A DNA stretch of 36,620 nt from positions 1-36,620 of the IMG/VR virus record IMGVR_UViG_3300022833_000028. One strand, given 5' to 3'. The translations under genes were made by a program, and so were the position numbers. This DNA is from a virus (Duplodnaviria; Caudoviricetes). This document shows positions 16,711 to 25,718 of the stretch, piece after piece. The notes beneath the pieces were generated by a model. The model searched no databases, had not been told where the DNA came from, and saw only the letters and a program-made list of their open reading frames with translations. Position 1 is the stretch's first letter. Each line of letters starts with the position of its first letter.

Positions 16711-18789
16711 ATGCTGGGATTATACTTGGGCACAAGCCCGGTCACGGCGGTTTACCGCAACGGCGTCGGGGCGTTTCCCGATTGGCTTGCGTCATTGTTT
16801 TCTGGTGGCGCGCCGGGCATTCTGCTGGACCCGTCCACGGCTGGCACCCTCTACACCACCACAGCAATGACCACGCCGAGCCTGCCCGGTGATCCTGTGG
16901 GCATTGTGCTGGATCAGTCGCAATGGGGTGGTAAGTCGCTGGCTGGCCTGTATGGCCCTGAATTAGTTGTCAATGGCGGGTTTGATGTTGATATTAGTGG
17001 GTGGACTGGTAACGCGACCTCTGTGCTTTCCCATGTTTCTAACGCACTTCGAATCCAGTCAGTCGCAAACGGTGCATCCAACGGTTATCAAGCCATTGCT
17101 GGCATCACGACAGGAAAAACCTATGCCATTTCGTTCGATCTGGTAAAAAATACTCAATCAAGCGGAACGCCAAACTATAGTGTGTTTGGTTCAGCGCCTA
17201 TTGCCTTGACCTCGTCGGGAACCTACCGGACGACACGTATCGCAACTAATGTGCAATTGGTGTTTGCTCTGGGTGACGCGGCGTTGGCGGGCGAGCATCT
17301 TCAAATAGACAACGTTTCCGTTCGCGAAGTCACAGTGGCATCTGCGCTTGAACCTGTGCTGGGGCCGGAGTTGGTGGCGAATGGTGGGTTTGATGCTGAT
17401 GCGGATTGGGATAAATCTGGGCATTGGATTATCTCTGGAGGCGTTGCCACGATGCCCAGTACGAGTTCTTTTCTACCTTTATATCAAACCATGGCGTTTG
17501 TTCCTGGTGGAGTTTATAGAATAGAATTTGATGTTTTAGAAATAACAGGAACGATCCAAGCTGTTCTTAACGACGAGCCAATTACAGCTAACAAGTCAAA
17601 CACACTGCTTATAAATTCCACAGGACGTCATTCTGGACTTTTCACAGCGCAGTCTGGTGCTGAAGTGTTGGCAATATCAAGGTCAACAGGGGCGTCTTGC
17701 ACAATCGACAACGTATCAGTCCGCGAAATCCCCGGCTACCACGCCACGCAGGCCACGGCGGCCAAGCGTCCTACATACGGCATTCACCCGTTTGGCGGGG
17801 CGCGCAATTTGTTGACCTATAGTGAAGATTTTGGGAACGCGGTTTGGTCAGTAGGGACTGTCAGCGGTGCAATCGTAGTTCAGGGAGCAGTTACCATAAC
17901 ATCTACAAACGGGTACGGCTACACACGAAAAGTTGTAGCACTAAACGACCAGCATTCAGCTTCTTTTAATGTAGTCTCGGACGTGGATGCTCCGGGTGTA
18001 GGCATTAGAATATCGGACAATGCTGGCGGCGTTACAATAGGGCGTTACGACTTTATCGCGGGCGTCGTACAGCGAGTGCAAGGCTCAAGGACTTCTGTAA
18101 GCGCTACATTTTTTGAACTTGGCGTTGACATGCGCGGCGGTGCATCAACACAGACCGGTTTCACTATCACTTTTGATCAAGCCCAACTCGAAGCAGGCGC
18201 AACCGCCACTCCATACCAAAAAGTAACCACGCAATACGATGTCACTGAAGCCGGGGTGCCAAGTGTGCATTACCTGTCGTTCGATGGGGTGGACGATGCG
18301 CTCGCAACACCGTCGATTGACTTCACGGCCACCGATGAAATGACGGTGTTTGCTGGGGTGCGTAAGCTGAGTGATGCCGCCGTGGCCAATCTAGTGGAAT
18401 TGGGGCGAAATGAGGCTAACACGTTTCTAATAAATGCACCGCTTTCAACTGGGGCAAAAGATTACGGCGCTCTTTCGAGGGGGTCGCTTGTTAGTTCTGC
18501 TGAGTCGGGCGCTTTCCCTGCGCCCGCATCAAATGTTGTTTCTCTCTTGGCAAAGATTGGTTCTGACGAAATCACACTTAGGATTGACGGCGTTGGGTTT
18601 AGTTCCGCGGGGGATCAAGGCGATGGCAATTATTCAAATCGGCCAATCCATATTGGCGCGCAGCAAGGATCGGCCCGCTTTTTGCACGGCCACCTCTACG
18701 GCCTGACGGTGCGCGGCGCGCTTACAGATGATGCGGTGGTGCAGGCGGTTGAGGCCGTGATGGCGACAAAAACAGGGGTGACATTATGA
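16711..18789 (+). CDS. Head spike fibre / carbohydrate-binding protein
   Basis: Two GPELV.NGGFD...IDNVSVRE modules; RNLL.YSE.F...QLE.G..ATPYQ module; LSFDGVDD LamG-like C-terminus; follows the spike base gene. Confidence 0.7.
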   Translation: MLGLYLGTSPVTAVYRNGVGAFPDWLASLFSGGAPGILLDPSTAGTLYTTTAMTTPSLPGDPVGIVLDQSQWGGKSLAGLYGPELVVNGGFDVDISGWTGNATSVLSHVSNALRIQSVANGASNGYQAIAGITTGKTYAISFDLVKNTQSSGTPNYSVFGSAPIALTSSGTYRTTRIATNVQLVFALGDAALAGEHLQIDNVSVREVTVASALEPVLGPELVANGGFDADADWDKSGHWIISGGVATMPSTSSFLPLYQTMAFVPGGVYRIEFDVLEITGTIQAVLNDEPITANKSNTLLINSTGRHSGLFTAQSGAEVLAISRSTGASCTIDNVSVREIPGYHATQATAAKRPTYGIHPFGGARNLLTYSEDFGNAVWSVGTVSGAIVVQGAVTITSTNGYGYTRKVVALNDQHSASFNVVSDVDAPGVGIRISDNAGGVTIGRYDFIAGVVQRVQGSRTSVSATFFELGVDMRGGASTQTGFTITFDQAQLEAGATATPYQKVTTQYDVTEAGVPSVHYLSFDGVDDALATPSIDFTATDEMTVFAGVRKLSDAAVANLVELGRNEANTFLINAPLSTGAKDYGALSRGSLVSSAESGAFPAPASNVVSLLAKIGSDEITLRIDGVGFSSAGDQGDGNYSNRPIHIGAQQGSARFLHGHLYGLTVRGALTDDAVVQAVEAVMATKTGVTL

Positions 18790-19193
18790 GACTGACAATT
18801 GCCTGCCCCGCCGCGCTTGTCGCGTATGCCAATGATTTGGCGATGGTCCTGGCTTTTGGCCCGGATGATGCCCTGACCTATGGCGCGCCAGATTGGCAAG
18901 ATCTGGCCGGAAATCTCTATGCCGGGGCCTCTTTTGAGGTTCGCCCGGAATGGATGCTGGACGCGCAAGAGGCGTTGGCGCGCCCGGCTTGGGATAATGC
19001 CGAGGCCCCGGCGGTCGATATGGATAGCGCCGCCCGCGCGCAGGGGCGCTTGCGTGTGGTGGCCTTTGATCTGGACGGGGCGGCGGTGGATCCCGCCGCG
19101 CGCCCCGATCTGATCACCGCCCTGCTCGGATCTGATGGCCCGGCGGCGCTGGCCGCAATGGGCCTTGCCCTTGTGCCTGTGGACCCGATCTAG
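18786..19193 (+). CDS. Hypothetical protein coupled to the spike fibre (possible chaperone)
   Basis: ATGA overlap; last gene of the spike operon, converging on the integrase. Confidence 0.6.
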   Translation: MRLTIACPAALVAYANDLAMVLAFGPDDALTYGAPDWQDLAGNLYAGASFEVRPEWMLDAQEALARPAWDNAEAPAVDMDSAARAQGRLRVVAFDLDGAAVDPAARPDLITALLGSDGPAALAAMGLALVPVDPI

Positions 19194-19210
19194 CCCCCCA
19201 AGGCGGCCGC

Positions 19211-20269
19211 TTAGCTGCGGCCGCCTTGCACAATATGAAACGCGGCCGGGGTCTGGGCCGGCGTCGGTTGCGGCGCGGGGTCAAAATCCCAACCGTGATC
19301 GCGCAAGCGGCCCGCCAGATCCGCCGGGGCAATCTTGCGATAGCGGTTGGCCATGTCTGATTTTTGCCACCCGCCCTTGTCCAATAGCCCGCCAAAATCC
19401 TTTGTGGCGCTGTAAAACCACGTTGCCCAAGTATGGCGCAGGCTATGCGGCACCACATCGGGGCCGAGGCCCGCCGCATCGCGCGCTTTATCAAAGGCGC
19501 CTTTAATCTGGCCGCCGCGCGTGTCGTTCAAAATGTAAGGCAATCGCTTTGGCGTCAAAAAGATCCGGCCCGCCTCGGGCGGCGCGCTGGCGGCCAAGGC
19601 GGCGGCGGCCCGGCCCGGCAAGGTGATCATGCGCGGGTGTCCGTTCTTTGTGTCTGGCAGCCATATTTCACCGGTGGCGGGATAATAATGCTGCGCCTCT
19701 GTGCCCAAGATTTCGGACACGCGCGCGCCGGTGCCGATCAAGGCGAACAGGATGGGCACCAAGTGCGGCGCGGCGCAGGTCAAAAGCCGCTCGGCTTCCT
19801 CTGGCGTCAACCACCGCGTGCGGCCCGGCGGTGTCTTGCGGCGCTTAAATTTGCGGTATCGGGTCAAATCGTTTTCGGCCGCCATGTTGACCACGGCCGA
19901 AATCGGCGTGACCAATTGCCGGTTTATCGTCGCGGCGGCCGCCACCGGATACAAGGCCGAGGCGGCCGCGTTCACGGCCGCATTGTCCACATCATCCAAA
20001 AGCGTATCGGGGCCAAAATGCTGCAAGATCTTGGCCAGATAGCGGCCTTGGCCGCCGCTTTCCATGTAGGTTAGGGCGGCCTCGGAAAAGGTGAGCGTGG
20101 CCGCTTTGCCATAGGCGTGGCGGGCTGTCAGTTCGCCTTCGCGGCGGATCCTGATCGCGTCGGCCTCGGCCCGCCCGCTGCACTGAGTGCTTTCATAAAC
20201 TGCCGATCCCGCGACGGTGCCGCGCAGGTAGTAGGGGCCGCCCTTTTTGCGTCTGACAAGTTTGAGCAT
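19211..20269 (-). CDS. int: Tyrosine integrase
   Basis: Catalytic residues present: GARVSE (R), TKNG (K), HSLRH (H..R), GGW, RY (Y); N-terminal arm-binding-like beta region. Confidence 0.95.
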   Translation of the reverse strand: MLKLVRRKKGGPYYLRGTVAGSAVYESTQCSGRAEADAIRIRREGELTARHAYGKAATLTFSEAALTYMESGGQGRYLAKILQHFGPDTLLDDVDNAAVNAAASALYPVAAAATINRQLVTPISAVVNMAAENDLTRYRKFKRRKTPPGRTRWLTPEEAERLLTCAAPHLVPILFALIGTGARVSEILGTEAQHYYPATGEIWLPDTKNGHPRMITLPGRAAAALAASAPPEAGRIFLTPKRLPYILNDTRGGQIKGAFDKARDAAGLGPDVVPHSLRHTWATWFYSATKDFGGLLDKGGWQKSDMANRYRKIAPADLAGRLRDHGWDFDPAPQPTPAQTPAAFHIVQGGRS

Positions 20270-20481
20270 GGCGCATTTTGTTCCTGCGTAAAGGCGTCGA
20301 TTAGATCCGCCCGGTTAAACAAAAAACGGATGCGGCCAACCGCGCGGGTTGATTTTAGCGCGCCGGTGCGCCTCTGAGCGTCAACCGTGCGGCGTGATGT
20401 TTTGATGCCAAACCGCGCCAGATAGGCGACGGCCTCGGCCGTGGATAGCATTGCGGCCCCGGTGTCCGCCCCGGCGGTCAT
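20128..20481 (-). CDS. Excisionase-like helix-turn-helix protein
   Basis: MLSTAEAVAYL...SRRTV....R.G.L......RIRF.F...DL MerR-like HTH; overlaps the int start. Confidence 0.7.
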   Translation of the reverse strand: MTAGADTGAAMLSTAEAVAYLARFGIKTSRRTVDAQRRTGALKSTRAVGRIRFLFNRADLIDAFTQEQNAPCSNLSDAKRAAPTTCAAPSRDRQFMKALSAAGGPRPTRSGSAAKAN

Positions 20482-20621
20482 TGCCACCACCCGGCGGCCT
20501 TGCCCGCTTGTCCGATGATCGCGGCGGTGATGGATGCGGCGGCGCTGATCTGAAACCCGGTGCAGATCCACCCGAGGGCGGTTTCGGCGGCGCTACATTT
20601 GGCGATAGTTTGGCTAAGCAT
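20478..20621 (-). CDS. Small hydrophobic protein (47 aa, not in ORF track)
   Basis: GAGGG RBS; MLSQTIAKCSAAETALGWICTGFQISAAASITAAIIGQAGKAAGWWQ; ATGA-coupled to the xis-like gene. Confidence 0.55.
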   Translation of the reverse strand: MLSQTIAKCSAAETALGWICTGFQISAAASITAAIIGQAGKAAGWWQ

Positions 20622-20653
20622 TGTGCAATCCCTCAATTTCTGGGGGATTGATT

Positions 20654-20669
20654 GCACATTGAAATGTGC
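20654..20669. promoter_or_regulatory. Operator palindrome GCACATTGAAATGTGC upstream of the xis-int operon
   Basis: Perfect 7-bp inverted repeat; adjacent leftward TTGCAC at 20676-20671. Confidence 0.65.
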
Positions 20670-20859
20670 CGTGCAAACTATTTCTGTTATTGCTTTGCTA
20701 TGGCGTGCGGCTTAGTCAGATGCTGAGCGCGGTCCCGCTTAAATGTTCCAAATCTAAGGTTTTGATTGCAAATGTCGAAAAATAACACGGTGCGAATCGC
20801 TCTCAAGGTATCGGCGGCGGGCGATGCGGCGCTAGGTCGGCTCTGTGATCGCATAGAGG

Positions 20860-21264
20860 CTATGATCGCAGCGGATCCGGTCCGCCCTGTGTCTCTGCCC
20901 ATGCCTGCGCCTCGGCCAAGGCCTTCGCGGCCAGATGATCAGGCGTGCGCAAAAGGATTTTGTGCAACCGGATCCGCGCGGCCGTGATTGTGTCGGGGTA
21001 GTGCAGGATGCCGATTGGCACATCGAGCGCATCGCAAATCTTTAGAAGGTTTGAATAAGTGATGGATTTATGGCCCGCGATAAATTGCGATAGAACGTTG
21101 CGGGATAGGTCGGCTTTGCGCGACACCTCGGCATAAGTCATATCGCGCAAAGCGGTCGCCATGCGCAGATTAACGCGCACAATATTCATGGCGTGGTGGT
21201 CCTTCGCTGCGCCTTGCGGCGCGGCGATGTCACTGTCGGTGGTTGGATCTGTGGTCATGGTCAT
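20860..21264 (-). CDS. XRE-family repressor (CI-like, no S24 peptidase domain)
   Basis: NLR.A...R.MT..EVS.KA.LS...LS..........L.KIC.ALDV HTH_3 pattern; divergent from the cro-like gene. Confidence 0.8.
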   Translation of the reverse strand: MTMTTDPTTDSDIAAPQGAAKDHHAMNIVRVNLRMATALRDMTYAEVSRKADLSRNVLSQFIAGHKSITYSNLLKICDALDVPIGILHYPDTITAARIRLHKILLRTPDHLAAKALAEAQAWAETQGGPDPLRS

Positions 21265-21303
21265 GGTGTCCTAATTCCCTCGGGGCGGTGCGTGCTCGGT
21301 TGA

Positions 21304-21430
21304 TTGTGTCGGCACACTTAAACGGGAAGTGTGCACAAAAAAAGATTATTCAATACCAATCTGCACTTATGGCCGTTTTCAACTGCGTCCCCTATATATT
21401 TGGTTGCTTCGCACATTATAGCGTGCAATG
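21304..21430. promoter_or_regulatory. Immunity switch region with operator sites
   Basis: GCACATTATAGCGTGC at 21411-21426 (contains a leftward TATAAT); GCACACTT-N7-AAGTGTGC at 21312-21334. Confidence 0.6.
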
Positions 21431-21492
21431 CCTGCAATCACACTAAATAGGGCGGCCGAAAGTGCCGCCCGGATCAAAAAGTGAGGCAAACC

Positions 21493-21771
21493 ATGCAAAA
21501 GAAAATCAAGAAAAATGCAAAAAACGCGGCCCCGGTCTTTCCGGGCGCGGCTGATTTTCGGTTTTGGCTGGCGGATGCGCTGCCCCTTGTCGGCCTCTCG
21601 GCCGCTGCGGTGGGCCGGGATCTGGGCCTTGGCAAAAACACGCTAGGCGATTTTCTGGCTAAGCCGCGCCGCGATATTTGCCTCGGCAATGCCGCCCGCG
21701 TGCACGATCTGCTCATTCAGCGCGCCGGGGCCGCCGGTGTCGATCTGCCGGTGTTCGGGGGGAGTGTATAA
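21493..21771 (+). CDS. Cro-like HTH protein
   Basis: GLSAAAVGRDLGLGKNTL..FL HTH; first rightward gene. Confidence 0.7.
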   Translation: MQKKIKKNAKNAAPVFPGAADFRFWLADALPLVGLSAAAVGRDLGLGKNTLGDFLAKPRRDICLGNAARVHDLLIQRAGAAGVDLPVFGGSV

Positions 21772-22070
21772 TGGCCGAGTTGTTTGACGCCTGCCCAATT
21801 AAGCCGCGCGCCGTGACCTTGGCCGTACCGCTTGCCGCGCCCGCCTCGGCCGCCGGGGCCGCCTCTGATCTTATGGATGCCTTGCCGCGCGGTGATCGCC
21901 TCTTGATCCAAAAAATGGCCAGTGATGCGGCGGTGCCGGTTGATGCCTTGGTGCCCGAAATCGTCGCGGCATATCTGCGCCTCTTGCGGGACGTGCCTGC
22001 GGCCCTGCCGAGCGATCCCATGCGATCCCTACGCGTGAACGCTGCGGGGCGTGCGGGGCGCGGCCAATGA
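21771..22070 (+). CDS. Hypothetical protein
   Basis: TAATG coupling; GGAG RBS. Confidence 0.6.
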   Translation: MAELFDACPIKPRAVTLAVPLAAPASAAGAASDLMDALPRGDRLLIQKMASDAAVPVDALVPEIVAAYLRLLRDVPAALPSDPMRSLRVNAAGRAGRGQ

Positions 22071-22477
22071 GTGCCGGGATGGATATGCTGCGCGGTGAAG
22101 TCATGGCGCAGCCCGAGGCGGACCGGTTGTCATATGCGCTGGATCTGATGGGGTTCTATCTGGATCCGGTGCCCGCGTTTTTCCAAGGTTGCTCTAACCT
22201 CGGCCTTGATCTGTCGGTGCGTGACGTGCGGACCTTGCAAGCCTTGGACCGGCGGCGCGGCCGGTGGGTGTCGCCGGATGCCCTGCAATCGGCCGCCCTG
22301 TTTGACCGGGCGTCGGATCAATGGGGATCAATCGAAACGGTTTATCAACGCGTGTCTGCAATCCGCCGGGCCTTCGCGGCCTCGGCCTATCCGGTCACGG
22401 TTGAATTGTGGTCTGGCGTTGGCTACCGCCTGACGGCCCCGGCCGCGTTCACATTTGAGGGGATCCCCCATGCGTGA
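22067..22477 (+). CDS. OmpR/PhoB-type winged-helix DNA-binding protein (no receiver domain)
   Basis: LS.RD.R.L.AL....G..VS...L...V...VS.IRR......VE..SGVGYRL. Confidence 0.75.
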   Translation: MSAGMDMLRGEVMAQPEADRLSYALDLMGFYLDPVPAFFQGCSNLGLDLSVRDVRTLQALDRRRGRWVSPDALQSAALFDRASDQWGSIETVYQRVSAIRRAFAASAYPVTVELWSGVGYRLTAPAAFTFEGIPHA

Positions 22478-23594
22478 TGATGGCCGCCTCGCTTTGGCTA
22501 AGGCGATCCCAATCCTTGAGGTTGCGGACCGGCTCGGCATTGAAGGCCTCAAGCCCGCCGGGGGTGAACGCGTCGGGCCTTGCCCGGTGTGCGGCGGCAA
22601 GGATCGCTTTGGGATCAACCCGCAATTGGGCGTCTTTGTGTGCCGCTTGTGCCCCGGCGCAGGCGGTGACGGTCTGGCCTTGGTGCAGCACGTCCTAGCG
22701 TGCGATTTTCGCGCCGCGCTGGCCTATCTGGCCGGTGACGCTGATGTGCAAGTGGATCCGGCCGAAATGGCCCGCCGCATTGAAAAGGCCCGCGCCTCTG
22801 AGCAACGGCGCGCCGATACGGCCGCCACCCTGCGCGCCCGGTCCGTGGCCGAGGGGCGCGGCATTTGGCACGCGGCGCAAGAGGCCGCCGGATCACCTGT
22901 TGAGGCCTATTTGGCCGGGCGCGGGATCCGCTTTGGATATTTTCCCCCAACCCTGCGTTACATCGCGGCGCACCCCTACCGCAGACACGCGGACGGCGCG
23001 CAGCGGGTGATGCACACCGGCCCGGCTATGATCGCGGCGATCCAAGACGCGCACGGCCACATCACGGCGGTGCACCAAACGTGGATCAACCCGGATCTGC
23101 CGGGCGAAAAGGCCGAAATCTTTTGGGACGGCGCGGCGATGCCTTCCAAGATGGTGCGCGGATCCAAAAAGGGCGGCGCAATCCGCCTAACGCCAATGGG
23201 CAAAACGGGCGTGATGGTCGCGGGTGAAGGCCTTGAGACAACCGCCACGGCCGTGACCTTCGATGTGGTGCCCGGTGCCGCCTATTGGGCGCTTGTGGAT
23301 CTGGGCAATATGTCGGGCCGTCAAATCAAAGTGCCCGGCACCCGCGATAGCGGCTTGCCAGATCTGACCGATGATCGGGCGTGGATCCCGCCCGCTGATG
23401 TGTCGCGGCTGGTGTTTATTCAAGACGGTGACAGTGCGGCGGCGGCAACGCGCGCCAAGCTATTGGCCGGGATCCGGCGCGCGCAATCGGTGCGGCCCGG
23501 ATTGGTGGGGCAGATCGTCCACCCCGGCGCGGGCGTGGATCTGAATGATCTTGCCCGCAAAATTGAAATTGAAAATAAAGGGGTCGCGCAATGA
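22470..23594 (+). CDS. DNA primase (P4 alpha-type zinc finger plus Toprim-like domain)
   Basis: GPCPVCGGKDRF...CR.C; AYL..RGI; GEGLET; D.D; DLND. Confidence 0.85.
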   Translation: MRDDGRLALAKAIPILEVADRLGIEGLKPAGGERVGPCPVCGGKDRFGINPQLGVFVCRLCPGAGGDGLALVQHVLACDFRAALAYLAGDADVQVDPAEMARRIEKARASEQRRADTAATLRARSVAEGRGIWHAAQEAAGSPVEAYLAGRGIRFGYFPPTLRYIAAHPYRRHADGAQRVMHTGPAMIAAIQDAHGHITAVHQTWINPDLPGEKAEIFWDGAAMPSKMVRGSKKGGAIRLTPMGKTGVMVAGEGLETTATAVTFDVVPGAAYWALVDLGNMSGRQIKVPGTRDSGLPDLTDDRAWIPPADVSRLVFIQDGDSAAAATRAKLLAGIRRAQSVRPGLVGQIVHPGAGVDLNDLARKIEIENKGVAQ

Positions 23595-25426
23595 CTGCTG
23601 ACGCAATCCGCCGGGCGTTTGATAGCGCCGAAACCGTGACGGACGATGATGCCGCCACCCCGCAAGATCCGGGCGATGATCTGGGCGATGATCGGGGCGA
23701 TGATGCCGAATTTGATGCGGGCATAGATCAAGACCCTGACGCGTGGCGCGCCGGGCTGGATCCGGCCGCGCCTGATGATCTGCTAGATCGCTGCGCCGCC
23801 TTTCCGCTGAATGACTACGGCAACGGGCAACGCCTGATGGCGCATTATGGCGAAAACATTCTCTTGGTGCCCCGCCTCGGCTGGTATCGGTGGGGCGGCA
23901 AGATCTGGCGTTCTGATGAGGATGAATTGGACGTGCGGCGCGATGCGCAGCAAATCGCGGCCAAAATCTTGCTAGAGGTGGATCACATCGCCCTAGAGGA
24001 ATGGGAAACCGATGCGCTTGATCTGTTTGTGGCCACGCGGCCCGAATTGGCCGATTTAGAAAAGGTCAAAGATCCAACGGACGAACAACGCGAACGCCTT
24101 GCGGCTTTGCGTGAAATCCGCCGCAACGGGCAAGGCGTGTCTGAGCGATTTCAAAAAGCCAAGGCCGCGCACCGGGGCCACGCCAAGGCCACCGGCAACA
24201 CGTCAAAAATCAGCAACATGTTGCAAGAGGTCAAAGTCACGGCCGCCACAACGGTGGATGCGCTGAATGCGGATCCGATGATGGTGTGCTGCCAAACCGG
24301 TGTTCTGCAATTCACCAAGGCCCTAGATCCGCATGATGCGGAATGGGGCGATGCGGCCCCGGTGTGGCGCGTCGATCAACTGCCCCATGACCGGCGGCAC
24401 CTGATTAGCAAAATGATGCTGGCCGATTACAACCCGGCCGCAACCTGCCCCAATTTTGAGGCATTTCTAGAAACAATCCAACCGGATCCCGAGGTGCGCG
24501 GATATCTGCAACGCTGGTTTGGCCTGACGATCACAGGGATCAAGACCGAACAAAAACTAGCGTTTTTCTTTGGTGGCGGCCGTAACGGTAAGTCCACCCT
24601 TGTGGATACGATTGCCCGGATCATGGCCGATTATGGCACCACGATCCCAATCGAAACGCTAACCGGCACCGAACAGCGCAAAGGATCGGACGCAACGCCC
24701 GATCTTGTCCGCCTGCCCGGTGCCCGCATGGCGCGCGCCTCTGAGCCGGAACAGGGCCAGCGCATGAAAGAGGCGCTAATCAAGGCCCTGACCGGGGGTG
24801 AAGCGATTATGATCCGCCGGATGCAACAAGAATTTGTGGAAATCGTGCCCGAGTTCAAATTGACAATTTCGGGAAACCATAAGCCCGAAATCCGGGGCGC
24901 TGATGACGGGATCTGGCGGCGCGTGATGCTGGTGCCCTTTGATGTGCAGATTGCCGAGGCTGATGTGGATGAAGGGCTAACCGAAAAGCTATGGGCGGAA
25001 CGCGATGGGATTTTTGCGTGGATGGTGCAGGGTTGCCTTGATTATCTCGCGGGCGGCCTGCGCCAACCCGATGCGGTGCGCGCCGCAACTGAGGAATATC
25101 GCAAGGATAGCGATCCCCTGCGCGTGTTTTTGACTGAGGAATGCGATATTGACGGCAACCCTAACAATTTTGTGACGGGCCGCGATTTGGGCGATGCCTT
25201 CAACGCCTATCTGTTGTCGAGTGGTGAGGCGGCTTGGGGCAAGCGGACGGTTGCAAACGGCCTCAAGGCGCGGTCCGGGGCAATGAAGGGGCCAAGCGGC
25301 CACGTCTACACGCCCGCCAAGGTGTCCGACACGGGCTATCGCGGGATCACGATTTCACAAGCGGCCTTTGATCGCGTGGCCGAGTATGGCGATGCCTTGC
25401 GCGCCGCTGCCGGGCGCAAGGGCTGA
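23591..25426 (+). CDS. P4/D5-family SF3 helicase (D5_N plus ATPase)
   Basis: ND.GNG.R D5_N motif; GGGRNGKST Walker A; IK.LTGGE; GNHKP; D.GIWRR. Confidence 0.92.
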   Translation: MTADAIRRAFDSAETVTDDDAATPQDPGDDLGDDRGDDAEFDAGIDQDPDAWRAGLDPAAPDDLLDRCAAFPLNDYGNGQRLMAHYGENILLVPRLGWYRWGGKIWRSDEDELDVRRDAQQIAAKILLEVDHIALEEWETDALDLFVATRPELADLEKVKDPTDEQRERLAALREIRRNGQGVSERFQKAKAAHRGHAKATGNTSKISNMLQEVKVTAATTVDALNADPMMVCCQTGVLQFTKALDPHDAEWGDAAPVWRVDQLPHDRRHLISKMMLADYNPAATCPNFEAFLETIQPDPEVRGYLQRWFGLTITGIKTEQKLAFFFGGGRNGKSTLVDTIARIMADYGTTIPIETLTGTEQRKGSDATPDLVRLPGARMARASEPEQGQRMKEALIKALTGGEAIMIRRMQQEFVEIVPEFKLTISGNHKPEIRGADDGIWRRVMLVPFDVQIAEADVDEGLTEKLWAERDGIFAWMVQGCLDYLAGGLRQPDAVRAATEEYRKDSDPLRVFLTEECDIDGNPNNFVTGRDLGDAFNAYLLSSGEAAWGKRTVANGLKARSGAMKGPSGHVYTPAKVSDTGYRGITISQAAFDRVAEYGDALRAAAGRKG

Positions 25427-25704
25427 TGGCCGCGCCCAAGGCCGCACCGCGCCCGCTCGGGCCTTGTGACGCCTGCGGTGCGCGGCCCGCGCCGTTTGGC
25501 TTCCAACCGCCCGGCGGGGCGCGCGCGCTGAAGCCGGGGCAACGCCCTTGGCGCGCCTGCGCGGATCCCGCGTGCAAGGCGCAAGGCGATGCCAAATTGG
25601 CGGCGCTTAAACCCGCCATGCCGCCGCCTCGGCCCGCTGCGGATCCGGCCGCGCCTCGGCCCCGCACCCCGCGCAAAAGTGCGGCGCAAAAGTCCCTGAT
25701 TTAG
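25426..25704 (+). CDS. Small Cys/Pro-rich hypothetical protein
   Basis: CDAC...APFGF...W.AC....C; TGATG coupling. Confidence 0.6.
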   Translation: MAAPKAAPRPLGPCDACGARPAPFGFQPPGGARALKPGQRPWRACADPACKAQGDAKLAALKPAMPPPRPAADPAAPRPRTPRKSAAQKSLI

Positions 25705-25718
25705 AAAAGAGAAGTAAA

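Noticed and set aside
16651-16713. Frameshift fusion of spike adaptor and fibre at the A8 run
   Set aside because: The A run lies after the adaptor stop codon and serves as the spacer between GAGG and ATG 16711; no canonical slippery heptamer precedes the stop
4337-18789. Diversity-generating retroelement or invertible fibre cassette
   Set aside because: No reverse transcriptase, no serine invertase, and no template/variable repeat pair or inverted crossover sites seen
19433-20074. 213-aa plus-strand ORF
   Set aside because: Antisense to the intact integrase
20766-20987. 73-aa plus-strand ORF between the xis operon and the repressor
   Set aside because: Weak RBS and a 128-bp convergent overlap with the repressor; cannot be supported, though not excluded
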